Assembly: GCA_965655095.1 (NCBI GenBank) | Contig: CBFHFQ010000250.1 | Location: 1 to 64,000, forward strand | Source of the DNA: Haplodiscus bocki | Taxonomy: Eukaryota | Length of the DNA stretch: 64,000 nucleotides | Direction of reading: 5' to 3' | In this document: positions 26,601-40,441 of the stretch, in pieces | Layout: each line of letters opens with the position of its first letter | How positions within the stretch are numbered: position 1 is the stretch's first letter | Made by a program: the position numbers and the translations under genes | The notes under the pieces: generated by a model | The model's database searches: none | The model's input: only the letters and a program-made list of their open reading frames with translations | What the model was told of the DNA's origin: nothing

Positions 26601-26920
26601 AGTTCAATATTACAAGTTCCACAACTTTTCCATTCCAGTTTATCTCTAATTCGATTGTTGATGTGAGTTTGAGATCTTGAAGGGTTTTCATTGACTTTTT
26701 CAAGAAAGTCTTTATTACATGTTTCACATTTTCTTTTAGGTCTGTGGGCTTGCGCTTTGAGCTTAGAAAGATGTTGTTCACTAAGCAGATGGTTATCATA
26801 ATCAGGAACGGAATTAAGAACAAACTTACAAACTGCACACCTCACCTTACCTCCAAAATTAAGTAATTGATTGTTCCCAAATGTTTTGCAAAACAACTCC
26901 GATTAACATCTTGCTCCCAT
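23698..26920 (-). pseudogene. P2 pPolB with several N-terminal zinc fingers and an internal deletion
   Basis: CAVC...HLLSEQH, CETC, CGTC...HIRSKK fingers; RDHCHL; YNDSNTLSGW (motif A); LNASDDKRKC tail. Confidence 0.88.
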
Positions 26921-27479
26921 ACGTTAAAACATTCAAAAATTATCTATTTTTCTCCATTCAATAAACAGGAATTAACTGAAAGGATTTTCATTCCTGAAAT
27001 CATTTCAAACTGACTCCCTTAATTCAAAATTATTTGTTCTTTAAAAAAGTCTATCAAAAACTTTCCAGTTCATTAACCTTATTGCTTTTTATCCGTCTTC
27101 TTATAAACCTTTTTGTGTTTTGGAAAACTGATTTTGTTATTCATACATTTTTTTTCATTTTTCAACTGAGTCATTTTGTACTTTTTTCCTATTTTTTGAC
27201 GTTGATAGACAGTCAGTCAATTTATCATTATCATTAACATTTTACAATCCATCTACGTCTGTACAAACACATACGATTTTCTTTTCAGCGTGTTTTTTTT
27301 AATAATTCATTTTACTTTTTCTCGTTGAAATCTTTAGGTTCTCTGCTTGTTTTGTAACTCTATATCAACTTGAAAAGCAACTCCGCTCACATTCATATAG
27401 GAAAAGTGTATTTCTCATACGATGAACATATGGTTCACCATCTGTGGCAATAACTTCATCTTCGGTCAATTCCTTTTAT

Positions 27480-28190
27480 TATCGTCTAAGATCCGGGATA
27501 TTAAATGGAATTAAATAAACCGATTTGTAGTACCTCTTTTTCTGATAACTCTTTAGATATCTGCAGTCGTAACGAAAAATCCTGATTAAAAATTTGGTTT
27601 TCGTTCTTGTCTTTTATCTTGGATGTTTCAAAAGACTGTTTTCATTTACTTTCTTAGATGGTTGAATGGGTGTCAATTTTTTGAGTGATGAAAGTGTTGT
27701 TACTTTTTTTGTGGCAGTTGGTAATTCGCGTATACAATTAGCATATCTTTTTTATGTTAATGGCTTCTTTAAAAATCATCATGGTTCTATTAAATTCTTC
27801 AGCTATTGAAGGTCGTTTAGCCGGAAAACGAGAAAAATGATGTACACTATTGAGTTTTATGAAATTATGAAAATAATATTACAAAATTCCTTACCTCGGT
27901 CGGATTTTTATTTATTGAATCTTCGATTTGATGTATTAACAGTTTTCGAGAATTCATTTTTTTGTTTCAATGCAACTGTTGTTTTTTCAATGCAACACAC
28001 CATCTACGTTTGCAGAAGTTATCGATAATATTGATATCAAATAAATGAATCCGTCATTGCTTGAAACTCCATTTTGTGCTACATCCAACAAATCATTACC
28101 CCAAATATCGTCGCTCTGTTTAAACACCAATTTATTAGTACTATAGTTTTTTTTTAGGTCGGGGCAAGTAGATTGCCTCAATGAGAATTT
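27480..28190 (-). pseudogene. P2 rve integrase
   Basis: SDDIWGNDLLDV...GFIYLI; KSDRGKEFCN; homologous to the P1 integrase. Confidence 0.8.
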
Positions 28191-28199
28191 CCTATAAGC

Positions 28200-28905
28200 C
28201 CTCTTCAGTTAGCTTGGGAAATTTAGGAGCCTCAATATCCTGTAAAAGATTACGATGTTGATTAACTTCCGCCTTTTCCGAGTTAGTTTCAAAAGACACA
28301 TTGGACGCAAGTTAATCTAACTGACACATTTCCTCATCTCGTTTTCATTTGATAAATTGAAAGATGAGTCTGGGATACTTTGATCGATCTCCCTAATAGA
28401 ATTATATTTTTCTACAGTGAAATCACCCTTCGGTTGACACTTTAGCCCTTTTTTTGAAGACAATTGAGAACCTCCGAGTGAATCGAAAATTTAAACACTC
28501 TGTGATTTTGAAGCGTGATTCTTTTTTATTCCTATGTCGTGACCTAATTGAAAATACAAATCTGATTGCTTTCTTTTTCTAACAGTTTGATTTTTTTGTC
28601 TCTGTTGTCACTCTGATGCCAATTACGATGAAGTTTTACTTTTTCAGAGTTTTCTCTATTCCAGTCCATTGTTCTTTGAATCTTTCTCTCAGAATTTTCT
28701 GAGTAATAACTGATAAGATAAATTTTTTTTTGGGGACTTTTTTCTTTTCCTTTTGTTTTTGATTGATTTTCTCGGATTGATTCGGGGGATAGGTTTTCGT
28801 ACAATTTTTGCACTACGAGTAGCAACCATCTTTTTTGTATTTATCTGTGTAAATATTCAAAAACAATTCTAAAGTTAAACACTTGGAACAACTTATAGCT
28901 GAATC
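28200..28905 (-). pseudogene. P2 HNH/endonuclease-like gene with N-terminal CxxC...CxxC
   Basis: CSKC...KDGC..CKNC followed by EIDQSIP...NLRPM. Confidence 0.55.
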
Positions 28906-30589
28906 ATTTTCGAAAAAATCTTGAATCCAAATGCTCATTTAATAAGAGATTTTCATTGAAAAAAATATACGTAACTTTCAATCTAAGACCACTACCTTGT
29001 TCATCTGCTATGGTTAAAATTGGCCCACCTAGTATATATTGTAGAAATTTAGTTGTAGCGTGACCAACCTTAAATTTTTTAGTTATCAATTTGAAAGCTC
29101 TCCCAACAAGCCGATTTTCATTTAACTCAGATTTCTGACTTTGATTTGATGTTTTTTGAGTGCCTTCGAAAATTTATACCGGTTGATTTTTGAAAAACAA
29201 TCTGATTCTAAATTAAATTCTTTCGGAAAGCGTTATTTATGTTCTTGGCATTTATGTTTACTATTAGGGCATACACAAATACTGCAATTGATTTTAATAT
29301 GTTTGACGAGCTTTTCCGCTGCGAGGTTTAGTTTTCCATGTTCCTTTGGGTTATTGTATTCGAGTAATGACGACCTCCAACACAAAATGTTTCTTTCCTT
29401 TAATTTCTACAAAGTTGATTATTCAAGAATTACAGTTGTTTCCGATTTTTCATTCCTTTTATGTTTGAGAAATTCAAATTTTCAATTCAAAAAAAATTTT
29501 ACATCATTCTGGTCAAACTACTCTTAGATTTAATTATTGGCTCCTCATTATTACATTTTTTCCGAAAAATATTTCTCAATTTTTATGTAATATGATCCTT
29601 CAAAATTTCTCATAATCTCATTTTCTTCATCAAAATAGTGATTGTAAATCTTCTTAAGTTCTTTTCGTTCTTTCTCATCCATTTTTTCATCAGTCATTGA
29701 TTTTTTTCCATGTTTTCTCATTAAGTGTGTTAATCATTTTTATCCAATCTTTAGGTTTTGTATATGTCAGTTTAGGTTTTGAAAAGTATTTATATGTAAT
29801 CAATGTTGCAAGACTAACTACAAATAAGTACAACCTACGATAGGGAAACCTATAACTGTTCCAACTTCAGTTAAAGATAGGGATGTACCAACTGTTGACC
29901 CGCTACCCCCAACTAAAACTGTTAAACTCGCCATATATGTTTTTTTCTGTTTTTAATGCAAAGTTTTTTATTATAATCTTCTTTAACAAACCTAAGAGGC
30001 TTCGAAAGAATTTGGTTATCATATTTTCTTGTTTTGCAATTTATTATTCCAAATTCATCATCTTTCATTGTCATTTTCAATAGGGTTGGGTCTTTTTTCA
30101 AGTTAGGATATGACAATATTTATTAAGCAGAAATTGCTACTGAATCAGTTGTAAGGGGAGGTTTTCCTTCAATATTTTTTCACTGTGAGGTTTTTCTACA
30201 GCAAAAGTTTTCATCATTTTATTCCATGATCCGCAAAACCTTTGTATTTCGAAAACCCTTCGTGTGTTTTTCATAGTAATAGTTGTTCAGATATCTCATG
30301 TCTAACATCTTCAGAATAGTTGTGAAAAAGTTCTCGGTTTTTGTTTCTAAAAACTTTTGCGGTGATTGATTATTCCTCATTTTTTATGGTATCAAAATAG
30401 TCTTCGCTTTCTTCATTCACTATTTTAAAATTTTTCAGAACGTTGTTGCTTACCGTTTTTTTCAAAAGTTACATTCTCTCAAAAATTCATCGTCTTTTTG
30501 AATGATAATTCTTATTAACACAGACTTTTTAAAATTTGGGATCGATTTTATTATGATTTTGATGTAATTTACATAATCGACTTTTTAAA

Positions 30590-31860
30590 CACAAATAGTT
30601 ATCATAACATTACTAAGACACATCTTTTGTTGCGGTGTATCTATTTCATCACAAACAAATTCAATTCCAAAATTAGTTTCAGTGATATTCAAATTTAATA
30701 AACTCCATTGTGCTGATGTGGCGCTTTAGTTAATATTCTTATCAATTACGTACTTTTTTCCATTGCTCATTAAAGAAAAGTTGCATTCCAAGTCAGCAAA
30801 AGACTCAATACTATCAAAAATTTAATATGAAAAACTTTTTCAACTAAAACAAAATTGGGAATTTGAATGAAAACTGTTATTTCATAACCAAGGAGACCAA
30901 CTCCATCTCCTGAGTTCTTCGGACTTGTTTTAACGCACAAGAATGATAATCCAATATGTGGCAGAGATGTCGTTTCTGACTGTCAAGTTGGTGAATTTTT
31001 GATTTTTGAAGAGTTTTTGTAATTTTCCATTCAAGGTTTTATCCTTACATTTTATATTCCGTTACTGTGAAGGATAACCACCTGTTTTTGGGGCTAGAAA
31101 CCTTGTTGTGTCTCTGTTTTGTTCTCTGGTTTTTAATGAATATACACAATGTTTCCAGCAATAAGTTTTAAACATTTTTCTAAAGCTGCCAGAAATATGA
31201 AAATAGTATTTTCTATTGTTTTCTCAAGATTATTTTTTTCAATGGCTCCTTCAACTAACAATGGAATTGTTTTGGACGTAAAACTACCTAAAAGTGTCAG
31301 TTTGTTAATATTGAAATCATCATCACGATCTTTCATTACTAAAGGTAAATTACGTTTACCTCTTTCCTTTTCAAATAAGGATTCAGCAACAAAAGATTTG
31401 TTTGAGGCGTGATTATCATCAGTTGGTTCACAAGTTACAATTCTCTGTGATATTTTAAATAAAGATTTAATAATGAGATTAATATTAGGAATTTTTTTAA
31501 CAATGTTGGCTCTTCTATTTTTGATCAATATATTCATTTGGTCTAAGACGTTCTCGGACAGCTGGTAGACTGCTTATTTCCACAAAACAAAAGTTATCAA
31601 GATTTTTTTTCTGTAAATAAAACATGCTCAGTGTATCTTGTTCCACTAATATCGTTTACGTTGTGATCTACACAAGATTTTGTAACAACATCCTGAGAAT
31701 CAACGGGATGTGTAACTTAATAAAAGCATGTGTGAGTGTCTCCTTCAGTATTTTTTTTCAATATAGTTAGTTCTTAAAAATTGTCTGGAACAAATAGGGA
31801 ACTATCAACTTCACTTTGTCTCTCAAGCGAGAAACAAGATATGCTACCAAACACTTTCAT
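30590..31860 (-). pseudogene. P2 fibre/spike-like repeat protein
   Basis: EPTDDNHASNKSFV, DDDFNINKLT repeats; same position as in P1. Confidence 0.5.
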
Positions 31861-31869
31861 TGGCTTTTC

Positions 31870-32276
31870 CTACAAATGAGTTTTAAAACTACTTAATTGT
31901 TCCATTCTTTCATTAGATTGGAAGAGTAACAATAATATGTTCCACATAAAATACAACATATGTTTCGAATGTTGAAAATATGAAAACTGATTGTCGTTGC
32001 TAATTGTTGAACTATATTTTGATCGGGGGATCAGCCAAAAAAAAGATTTTTTGTCTTTTAATCAAAAGCAATTCCAATATGTTCTAACCTTCGCTGCTCT
32101 ATCGATAATTTTGAATCCTTTCTTGGTTTTTATTTTTGAATCTCTAAGGTAATTTGTAATTTTCAATACTTATCATTCTAGCTGAATTGCTCTCTTCCGT
32201 TATTTGATTGTTTAACCCTTTTTTTCATCAAACTTTTTTATTTCAGTGTTGTCAATTGACTGTACTTGAATTTCAT
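31870..32276 (-). pseudogene. P2 adenain-like protease
   Basis: Frameshifted H-WNC ... FG.SP ... CGTYC-like segments; same position as in P1. Confidence 0.55.
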
Positions 32277-32284
32277 TATTTTTT

Positions 32285-33495
32285 TTCTATCTGAAATCAT
32301 TTCAATTTCACTCTTTCTGATTAGAATACTAATTTATGTAGTAGATGAACTGTATAAACCTCAACTATTTGAAGTTTCTTATGGTGTACTTGATCCTTTT
32401 GATTTCCTAAATCAATGAATCGAATAGGAAAAGAAGCCTTGAGATCAGTATAAGTTTTAAATGGTTTCCGAATTGGTTCGCCAACTTACTTTTTATAAAA
32501 TAATTCAAGATCTCTGTATTGATCGAGATAATTGATTGTACCATATTGGATATGGAAGGAACTTTTCAGTTACCGAACTTCATCAATTCGAACAAACGAT
32601 TATCTAGCAACAAGAGTAACAAGATTTGCAATTCTGATTTGTTTGCTTGCTGCTCCTACTCTGGCTTTTGTTTGATATGTTACTGTCAAACAAATTGATG
32701 AATTATTATTTGCTGCTGGTCCCTTATCAAGTTGATACTCTAACCCTGTAATAAGAACTTTTCTATCTTTAGTCCAAGAATCAAATCAAAGTGTTAAAAA
32801 ATTTTGATAGATTCGTTAAACATTACTTGTGTTTTTTCATCTGGAATACTGTTGGGACATGTAGATATAAACTATTAATTGTTACATTCTTATTAACACC
32901 TAAGATTTTGTACTTAATAACTCGTAAACTTGAAGTTATTTGAAAACCCAATCCTTTGGTAACCATTTTAAATGTCTCACTGAAACTGAAAATGTGTTGT
33001 TTTGGTAATTGTCTAGTTTTTTTCCTTTGTTTACAGCTACTTTATGATCATTATTAATTCTTCCTTTTATTGATGTAAATTTAATTAGTTTTCATGAATT
33101 TCATCAAAGTAGGATAGTAATTCTCCGTCTTTATTTTTTGAAATTCGTGTAATGTTCGAAAGAGGACAAACAAATTGACAAATTTCAGTTTCACTAGCTC
33201 CTGTCGTTGCTAGGGTAGGATGTTTCAATGTGTAGGCAAAGGCAATATTTAAAAATCCGATAGCATCACCATCAAGAAACTTAGCACCAACTTCTCCTTC
33301 CTAAGGTTTGATCCCATTGAAGGTATGCATTACTTGTTTGGTGATAGTTGTTCTTCTCTACAGAAATGAATTCAATAATTTGACCGGGATTATATAGTTG
33401 AGCTCCTGTTGATGATAAATCTGAATGTATTCTCTTTTCATAACTGGACTATGAACCGTTGTGTCATCTGAAATTTGATACTCTTCAGCAATCAT
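32285..33495 (-). pseudogene. P2 major capsid protein
   Basis: MIAEEYQISDDTTVHSPVMKREYIQIYHQQ and LATTGASETE align by eye with the P1 MCP. Confidence 0.7.
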
Positions 33496-33689
33496 TTTTA
33501 TACTATGAAACCATTTCCCGGCAGGATATTCTCGGTGAATGATCGTGGATATGGAGGCAACAGAGATGTAGTACCTTGAATTTCAGAGTTAGGCTTAGAT
33601 TTATTAAAGTTTTCTCGTGATTTTATAAAGGTCCTTCAAATTTTACAAAAGTCAATTGAATTTTTCTTTATGATAATAGGAAATTTATT

Positions 33690-34441
33690 GATTGTCATTT
33701 AATTGATTTCATATTTCTAATTTTATGAAAAAAAGAAAATTGACTTTCGAAACAAAATCTTCATTTTCCATCAAATAGCATTGAGCTTCCTCTCTAAATT
33801 TTTTCACTTGTAACCAGGATCTACATCCATTGTGAGACTAAGAATTATTCCCGTTCGCCCCCCCTTCGAAAGCACTGCATTAGCAACATCAGTTCCGAGG
33901 AAAGTATTATCAAAAGATAGTATGTCAACAGATAACATGTCAATCGTATTTGTCAAAAAATACAACTGGCTCAAACACTAAAAGATCTCGTATTCTATCA
34001 CCATGAACAAAAATAATTAGAGTACCTACCTTGTTTGGTGACCCAATAAATTTATGTAATACTACCTGAAGTTGAAAATTTCAGCTTTATTAGAAACGGA
34101 TATTTTGTTGGTAAAATAGCTGTTTTGAGTATTAGTTCGGTCAACTTCTTTGTTTAGGCTCTCCGGTTCGTAGTTTCTCGGTGGATTAGTAATCTGAGTG
34201 AAAATCTCAACATTACCTAATGTTTCGAGGAAAAATTCAATTTTTTTAGTGGCAACACGAAAGATGCCATTATTAACAGTTAGAAAAGTGACAGCCGTTT
34301 CGAATTATTCTTTATCAAATTGTAATGGTTGAGATAATTTTTCTTCTTGTGAAGATTTATTCGAAACAATCAACATATCTTCTTCATTTTCAGGTTTTGC
34401 ATTGAAAACTTTTTCTCCTAAAACTTACTTGAAGACTCCAT
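33690..34441 (-). pseudogene. P2 minor capsid (penton)
   Basis: EEKLSQPLQ...AVTFLTVNNGIF and LTMDVDPGYK align with the P1 penton. Confidence 0.68.
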
Positions 34442-35325
34442 TTAGGTGGGAAGACACTCAAAGCTCTTCAAAACTTTTTATATTTATCAAGAACATTTCG
34501 ACATTGTTGTCCGTTTCGTATTTCACCTTTCTTAACAATCGGATCAATTAATTTTGATGCTTCTGTTAAAGTATCAGTAAGTCCGCTTTGGTTTAGTCCT
34601 AATTAAATTTCTTACCTGGGCCAATTGTCAATATTATCGGAGGGGGTGATATTTTTCATTCCTTCACCTTCAACTTCTTTCAAATGATTTTGCACTCTGG
34701 CTATACAATTTGAAAGATCTCTTTTGAACCATATTTGTCGAACTAATTTTTTTCTCCACGAATATCTTCATTTGGGTTGAAGCTGACACTTTCTAAGATT
34801 TCCGCCAAATTCATTCTACCAACAACACTAAAAATTTCTAAATCGGTATGTGTTGTACTATTTAGGACCTCCTGAATCTCAGTAGGTAAATCATACTCGT
34901 TACCTTTAACCCCAGCTCGATTTCCTCCTAGTGGTGTAAAGACTTAACCTTTTCATGAAAGCTTACCTTCAAGGTTTCGAAATATTATGAAGAAGTTCTT
35001 ACTCTCATTCATGGATCCAAACGTTTTAACTAATGCGCCACTAATTGCTACAACTCCACCATCATCTTCAGGCTCACAACCACTCGCTAGTATTTGATAA
35101 CCTGTGGATAATTGATTACCTTCAACCCACCTTTGTCTTCCTCCTCGGTATCATTAGGTTTTTCCAAACTATTAGTTATGCGTTTAAAGGTTACTGCTAA
35201 TTGTTATTTAAGGTTTTGTTTTGAAATTCTTTTTTTATTTTGATTGTTCTTTTGTTTTATCTCTTGATCTGATAAGAAAGCTGGTTTTATTGTATATTCT
35301 TCAGTCACATTATGGTAAAGACTCA

Positions 35326-36062
35326 TTTAAAGTGTTTAAAAGGATTCGCATCTTCAACGAATATAGAATTTAGTCCTAAACGATAACGTCCTGTATAAAT
35401 GTAATTTGCCAGATCAAAAGTTAATGGTTGACTTGTTTCATTCTAGCAAGTAGAAGGTCATTATTTAAATCCTTTCTAGGTAATGTCTATACGTGCTTTG
35501 TCCCGATACAGATTTTGGACATACTTGAATTTGTTTGGTTTGAAAATGTGATAATTTTTTCCAATAGTCCCGATAGGTTTTTTTTAGTTTTTAATAAATA
35601 TGTTGGCTGATTATGAAAATAGATATAACACTTTCCCTAGAACGTTTAAATATTGCTCTAATTAGAAGATCTGTCAATTCGTTTTCGCTTAAATTGTCCA
35701 GAATAAAAACAAATGGAGAAACCGAATTATAGTCATGAGGGTATTTTAGGTTTGTTTTTGAGTCTTATGTTTTTTGTCTCTGCTTTTTTAAATTTTCGTC
35801 ATCAACAATTTCCTCAATCAATAGATTTGAAAGTTCTTCAAAGATGATGTTTCGGGTTGCACCTAATTACATGAAATTTTTGAAATATTTTAATAATTAT
35901 CGATATGAGTATTGAGGTAGAGATGGTGAAGAGGTAAAAATTTTTCGAAAACCATTGTTTTTCTTTTGAAATTAACTTGGTTAGAAAACATGTTTTTCCA
36001 CACCATGAAGGTGCCGTATTAATTCTTCTAACAGGATGAGATGGATATGAAACTTTACCCAT
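35326..36062 (-). pseudogene. P2 packaging ATPase
   Basis: YPSHPVRRINTAPSWCGKTCFLTKL (degenerate Walker A); ends YTGRYRLGLNSIFV. Confidence 0.8.
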
Positions 36063-36208
36063 TCTTCATTAACTGATAAACGTCGAACAGTTTTCCATAT
36101 TATGAAACTTAGAAAAGATAGAACTACCAACACTCCTGGGTTGATAAAAGTGTAGTTATAAGAATGTTATCAATTTTGCTGTTTTCTTCTTCAGAATCAT
36201 AATTTATT

Positions 36209-36408
36209 NNNNNNNNNNNNNNNNNNNNNNNNNNNNNNNNNNNNNNNNNNNNNNNNNNNNNNNNNNNNNNNNNNNNNNNNNNNNNNNNNNNNNNNNNNNN
36301 NNNNNNNNNNNNNNNNNNNNNNNNNNNNNNNNNNNNNNNNNNNNNNNNNNNNNNNNNNNNNNNNNNNNNNNNNNNNNNNNNNNNNNNNNNNNNNNNNNNN
36401 NNNNNNNN
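36209..36408. other. Assembly gap (200 N)
   Basis: Run of N. Confidence 1.
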
Positions 36409-39400
36409 TAGCTCACATGTAGCGGTTTTCTATATCTTCCCGGATCTTTTTTTCAAAACTTCTCCATACTTTTGTTTTCAATTTTGTTGTTTCGAAAAGA
36501 GAGCAAGGAAGGTTTTTTTCCGACGAAAATCAAAGTTGTTTGATGAATGGTTTTTTTTTCAAATTTTTTGATTTTCCTACCTTACTATAAGATTTTGTTT
36601 CGAATTTTTTTCTGAAGTGTTTTTCATGTTTTCAAAAAACGAAAAAAAAAAATTGATTCAGTTTCATGAGAGGTTTTTAATATTAAAGTTAAACGAACTT
36701 TTTCTTCTTCTTGTTGAAATAAGATTTTCCCTCTTTCTTAGTTCTCCAGGAACCAGAAACCGACAACATGTCGGTGTTTTTTGAAACAAACTGCCCCCAG
36801 CTGCAACAGCTTGCTCTGTGAAACCTGCTTAACCAAAAGGACTAATTGTTTTTGATATTGCTGGATGTTGACACTCACGTTTCTCGGAAAGTTTCAAAGC
36901 ACTCAGTATCTCATTCAGCAGCTTTTCACATACTGAGGATTTTTTTAAAAAATAACATCATTTTTCTTTTTGGCGTCTAAAACTTGACAGGCCCAAAAAT
37001 GTCAAAAAGTAGTTCCAGATCTGGGTGTTCAAACTCAAAATTATCCAAAATGCAACCTGTAATGTTTCCATCACGGGCTCAATTGACAGTTTTCTACTTG
37101 AAGAAGACTATTCAGTTGATCTATTATGGATCTCAATCCTTGCGTCGGAATCCTGTCACTCCGAGAAGACAAAAAAAATCAAAAAAATGATGAGACTTTT
37201 GATAAATCGCCATTTTCAATTTCAAATTCCTCCATGACTACAGGCTTGACTTATTCCATTGAAATGCTAATTTGCAGCTTTTTGTTTTTACAAAGCTCTT
37301 TGATTTGAATTTTCTCGAAATTTCCACAAACAGCAAATTTTCATGACACACCAAGATTGCCGAAACGTGCAATTGTTTTTGTTACTGATATTTTATCGAT
37401 TTTCGAACTTTTATTTTTCTAAAGCTCTCGGCCCGAATTCCCCCAACAAAGTTCTATCGCCAACGTTCTATTAAGCCACAGATTTTGCGAAAATTGTTTG
37501 TTTTATGGTCGATCAGTCATTTCATGGAAAAGTTCGCAGAGCCATTGCGCACTTGTTTTTTTTCTAATTGCGTTAAATACTGACAGTTCCGCATTTTTAG
37601 GAATTTCGACCCGAATAAAACAACCAACTTTCCTAGCTAACAAAATTGATACAAAAATTGAATCCTAATCCCCCGCAACTTTTGCAACAACACTGATTTA
37701 TGTTCAAAAGTGGCAAAAACAGAAGAATTCAAAATTTTTTTCGGGTATTCTCGCTTGTCTGCTCCCATAATTGGTTTTCACCAAAAAAATTCTTCCGAAG
37801 AACGCATTTTTTGTCTTCCTCGGCGATGTCTCAAAATTTCACATGATTTCCATGAAAACCAAAATAGCTAGTCAGTTTTTCAAAATTTCCGGTATGTCAC
37901 TTCCAAGTCATTTTGTTTGCTACACATTTGAAAAGAACTTATACGTATTCAGCATTTTGTTGGAGTCAAACTTTCGGGAAAAGGAAGCTATAGTTGATTT
38001 TCAGAAAATTTTGTGAATATTTGATTGTTCCAATTGTTGGTTAGTTGTCGTTTCCGAGTATGTTTTAGAGGTACTGATAGATTTTTTGGAACAGTCAAGT
38101 TCTTTCATATTCCGCAAAAGTTCATTGTTGCAAGCCGCCGCCTTTGATGGACAATTCTGTCAGTAGCGTCTGGAAAACCCCGATTAGGATCACAAAGAGT
38201 TTTCTCTATTCCTTTTGCAGTAATGGGACTATGATGATATGTATAAACACATATTTCTGCGTATATATTCTTACGTATATACACTACTTTTTTCTAGTTC
38301 ATACTTTTGACTATTAAGCATTCTATTCACGATATTAGAAGGAAATGCATAAGGATGTTATCAAAGCAGAGGCCATTTGAAAGCTAGAGTGGCAAAAGTT
38401 ACATGGTATTACCTGTGTGCGAGTTTGTTTACCAATCTTCTCAAGTCTTCGTAGCTGGTTTATTAAAAACCTGCTTTTCTCAAAATGTTGATTTTAAAAT
38501 TGCCTTACAACTGCCGCGTCAAACTGTAAAACATGGACTCAATTTTGACGTCGCTGACGGCAGCTGAGTTTCTACTTCCGCTACTCCGCCTCAAAACGAC
38601 ATCAAATCAGAGGAAAGTTGGCGTGATAAAAAAGTGATTTTTAAAAAAATAAATTTGAAACTGAGATGTAATTTCTGGTTCTAAAACACTGTTAACAATT
38701 AACTCATGCAGCAATAGACGTAAATCGACTGTCAAACGTATGTAAATTTAATTCAAATTTTTTTCCGATTCCTCATCAAAATCCAGTCGTGACGTCAGTT
38801 TTTGACGACTTATCTTAAATTAACGCTACCGTAATTTCAAGTTAAAACTAAGTTAATATACTTTTTTTTATCCAGTTTTCGGGAGATAAATAAAATTTCT
38901 AAGTTTTCCACGAATAGTAAATTAATACTATGTCAAACTCCCTTCACATGCGTTCATTTCTTAATATAGTGTACACTCGATTCAATCATTCAATCATCAC
39001 CTCTATCTTCAGAAAAGGTCCCTACATTGCTCTAGCTACTTAATGAGACCTCAGACGTATGTTTTTGTTTTTGTACATATGAGCTTTTCGCCTCAAATAG
39101 CTTAAACCACACTTGTATAGCTACATGGAACTAAGCAATCCTCGTATGTTACCATCGATATTCAATCAGTGTCACATATGTTACAAACACAGTTACTTTT
39201 TTCAAAATTACTTGAAAATGATGTCATTTAAAAGTGGGAGTAATTTCACTTTGATCTTTGTTTGAGTTTTAGTTACAGTTAAAGTTGCTGTGATAACGTC
39301 ATCATCAAGAAAAGCAGATTGGCAGGTGACAAAATGAAGTCTCCCAGAAAGGTGGCAGTTCAAATCTGAGGGATGCTATCTCAATTCTCCGCGATACAAA

Positions 39401-39565
39401 CCAGCAAATTCACAAAACTTTCTCACCGTTCCTTTTGTCACGCTAATTGAGTTCTTGCCAAACTGCTGTTTTCATACAATTTGAACCTATTCGAGATGAT
39501 GAAAGAAACATGGTTTTAATTCAAGAGAAGAAGAGGCAAAAGAAAAAGTATTTCAGCCAATTGAA

Positions 39566-40441
39566 TGAGTTCTTGAGAAATCCGTATTTTTCGAGTAGTA
39601 CTAGTTGTCTCGAAATCTAGCAAAAAAACATCCTTCAAAAACGCACCCACAAAAAAGAGGAAAAAAATCCTGGTTTTATTCAACCACAATACGTTTTTCC
39701 GTAAAAGCATGGTTTTTTTTACTCATTTGTATGCTGTGTTTAATAAAAAAGAGTTTTTTTTCAAGCACGAAAATTTACACTTTTTCAACCAACCAACCAT
39801 ACACATACTTTGCAGCGGTAAAGAGACAACTTTTTTGCTGCGAATTATGCTGGAGTATTTCGCACAAAAAAAATTGACTGGCCAACTCTATCGAGCATTC
39901 CTGGTAAAGAACGTAGTTTATTACGTTTTGTGCAGATTCGCCGGTGCACCATCTTTTAACCTCACGGTGGAATAAACCACAGAACCTGAGCTAATGCACT
40001 GTATCTGTCTGCTAGTGAGACGGTGATTGGCTAACTAAACCTTTTAAGTGATATTAGCTGGTCAAAACACAATAATTTGTCCCAAACCAGTATCAATCGA
40101 GTGATATAGGCTAACAACCGTCTTTTTCTATCGATTTTGGTGGAAACATGTGTATTGACCACATTGCAACTCCTCAAAAATGATATAACAAAGAAATGGA
40201 TACAAAAAGTTTTTAATTCATCTTTTAATTGTGAATTTTTTGAATTGCTTAAATTGTAAAAATAAGAAAACATCCTTGCATTTAAATTTTACTTGTAAGA
40301 AGTAGATTTTCGGCAACTTCAACCCTTTTTTCAAACATAATTTTCTTCTTAAGCTTTTTTAGGCTGTCTCACAAATCAGCATTTAATTGAAGATTTGTGT
40401 GCAGCAAGAAAAAAATTGTACAAATGGAAAAAGTTGATGTT
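39566..40441. repeat. P3 left inverted-repeat arm
   Basis: Near-identical reverse complement at 46543-47416; the ORF track shows mirror ORFs 39709-39975(+) / 47004-47243(-) and 40031-40273(-) / 46802-47017(+). Confidence 0.93.

Larger units (their letters stand above)
23698..36208 (-). mobile_element. P2: degraded Polinton collinear with P1, on the opposite strand; termini not resolved
   Basis: Same gene order as P1 read right to left (ATPase, hypothetical, penton, MCP, protease, fibre, hydrophobic protein, HNH, integrase, pPolB); the right side runs into an N gap. Confidence 0.88.

Noticed and set aside
36204-36416. ORFs made of X residues (also 57354-57729)
   Set aside because: Artefacts of N gaps.
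38240-39185. Possible LTR-like segment (TGTATA...TGTTACA)
   Set aside because: No TSD and no internal ORF support.
39516-40273. Short ORFs in the P3 arms (and mirrors at 46802-47405) as conserved genes
   Set aside because: Their duplication simply reflects the inverted repeat; no recognisable domain.
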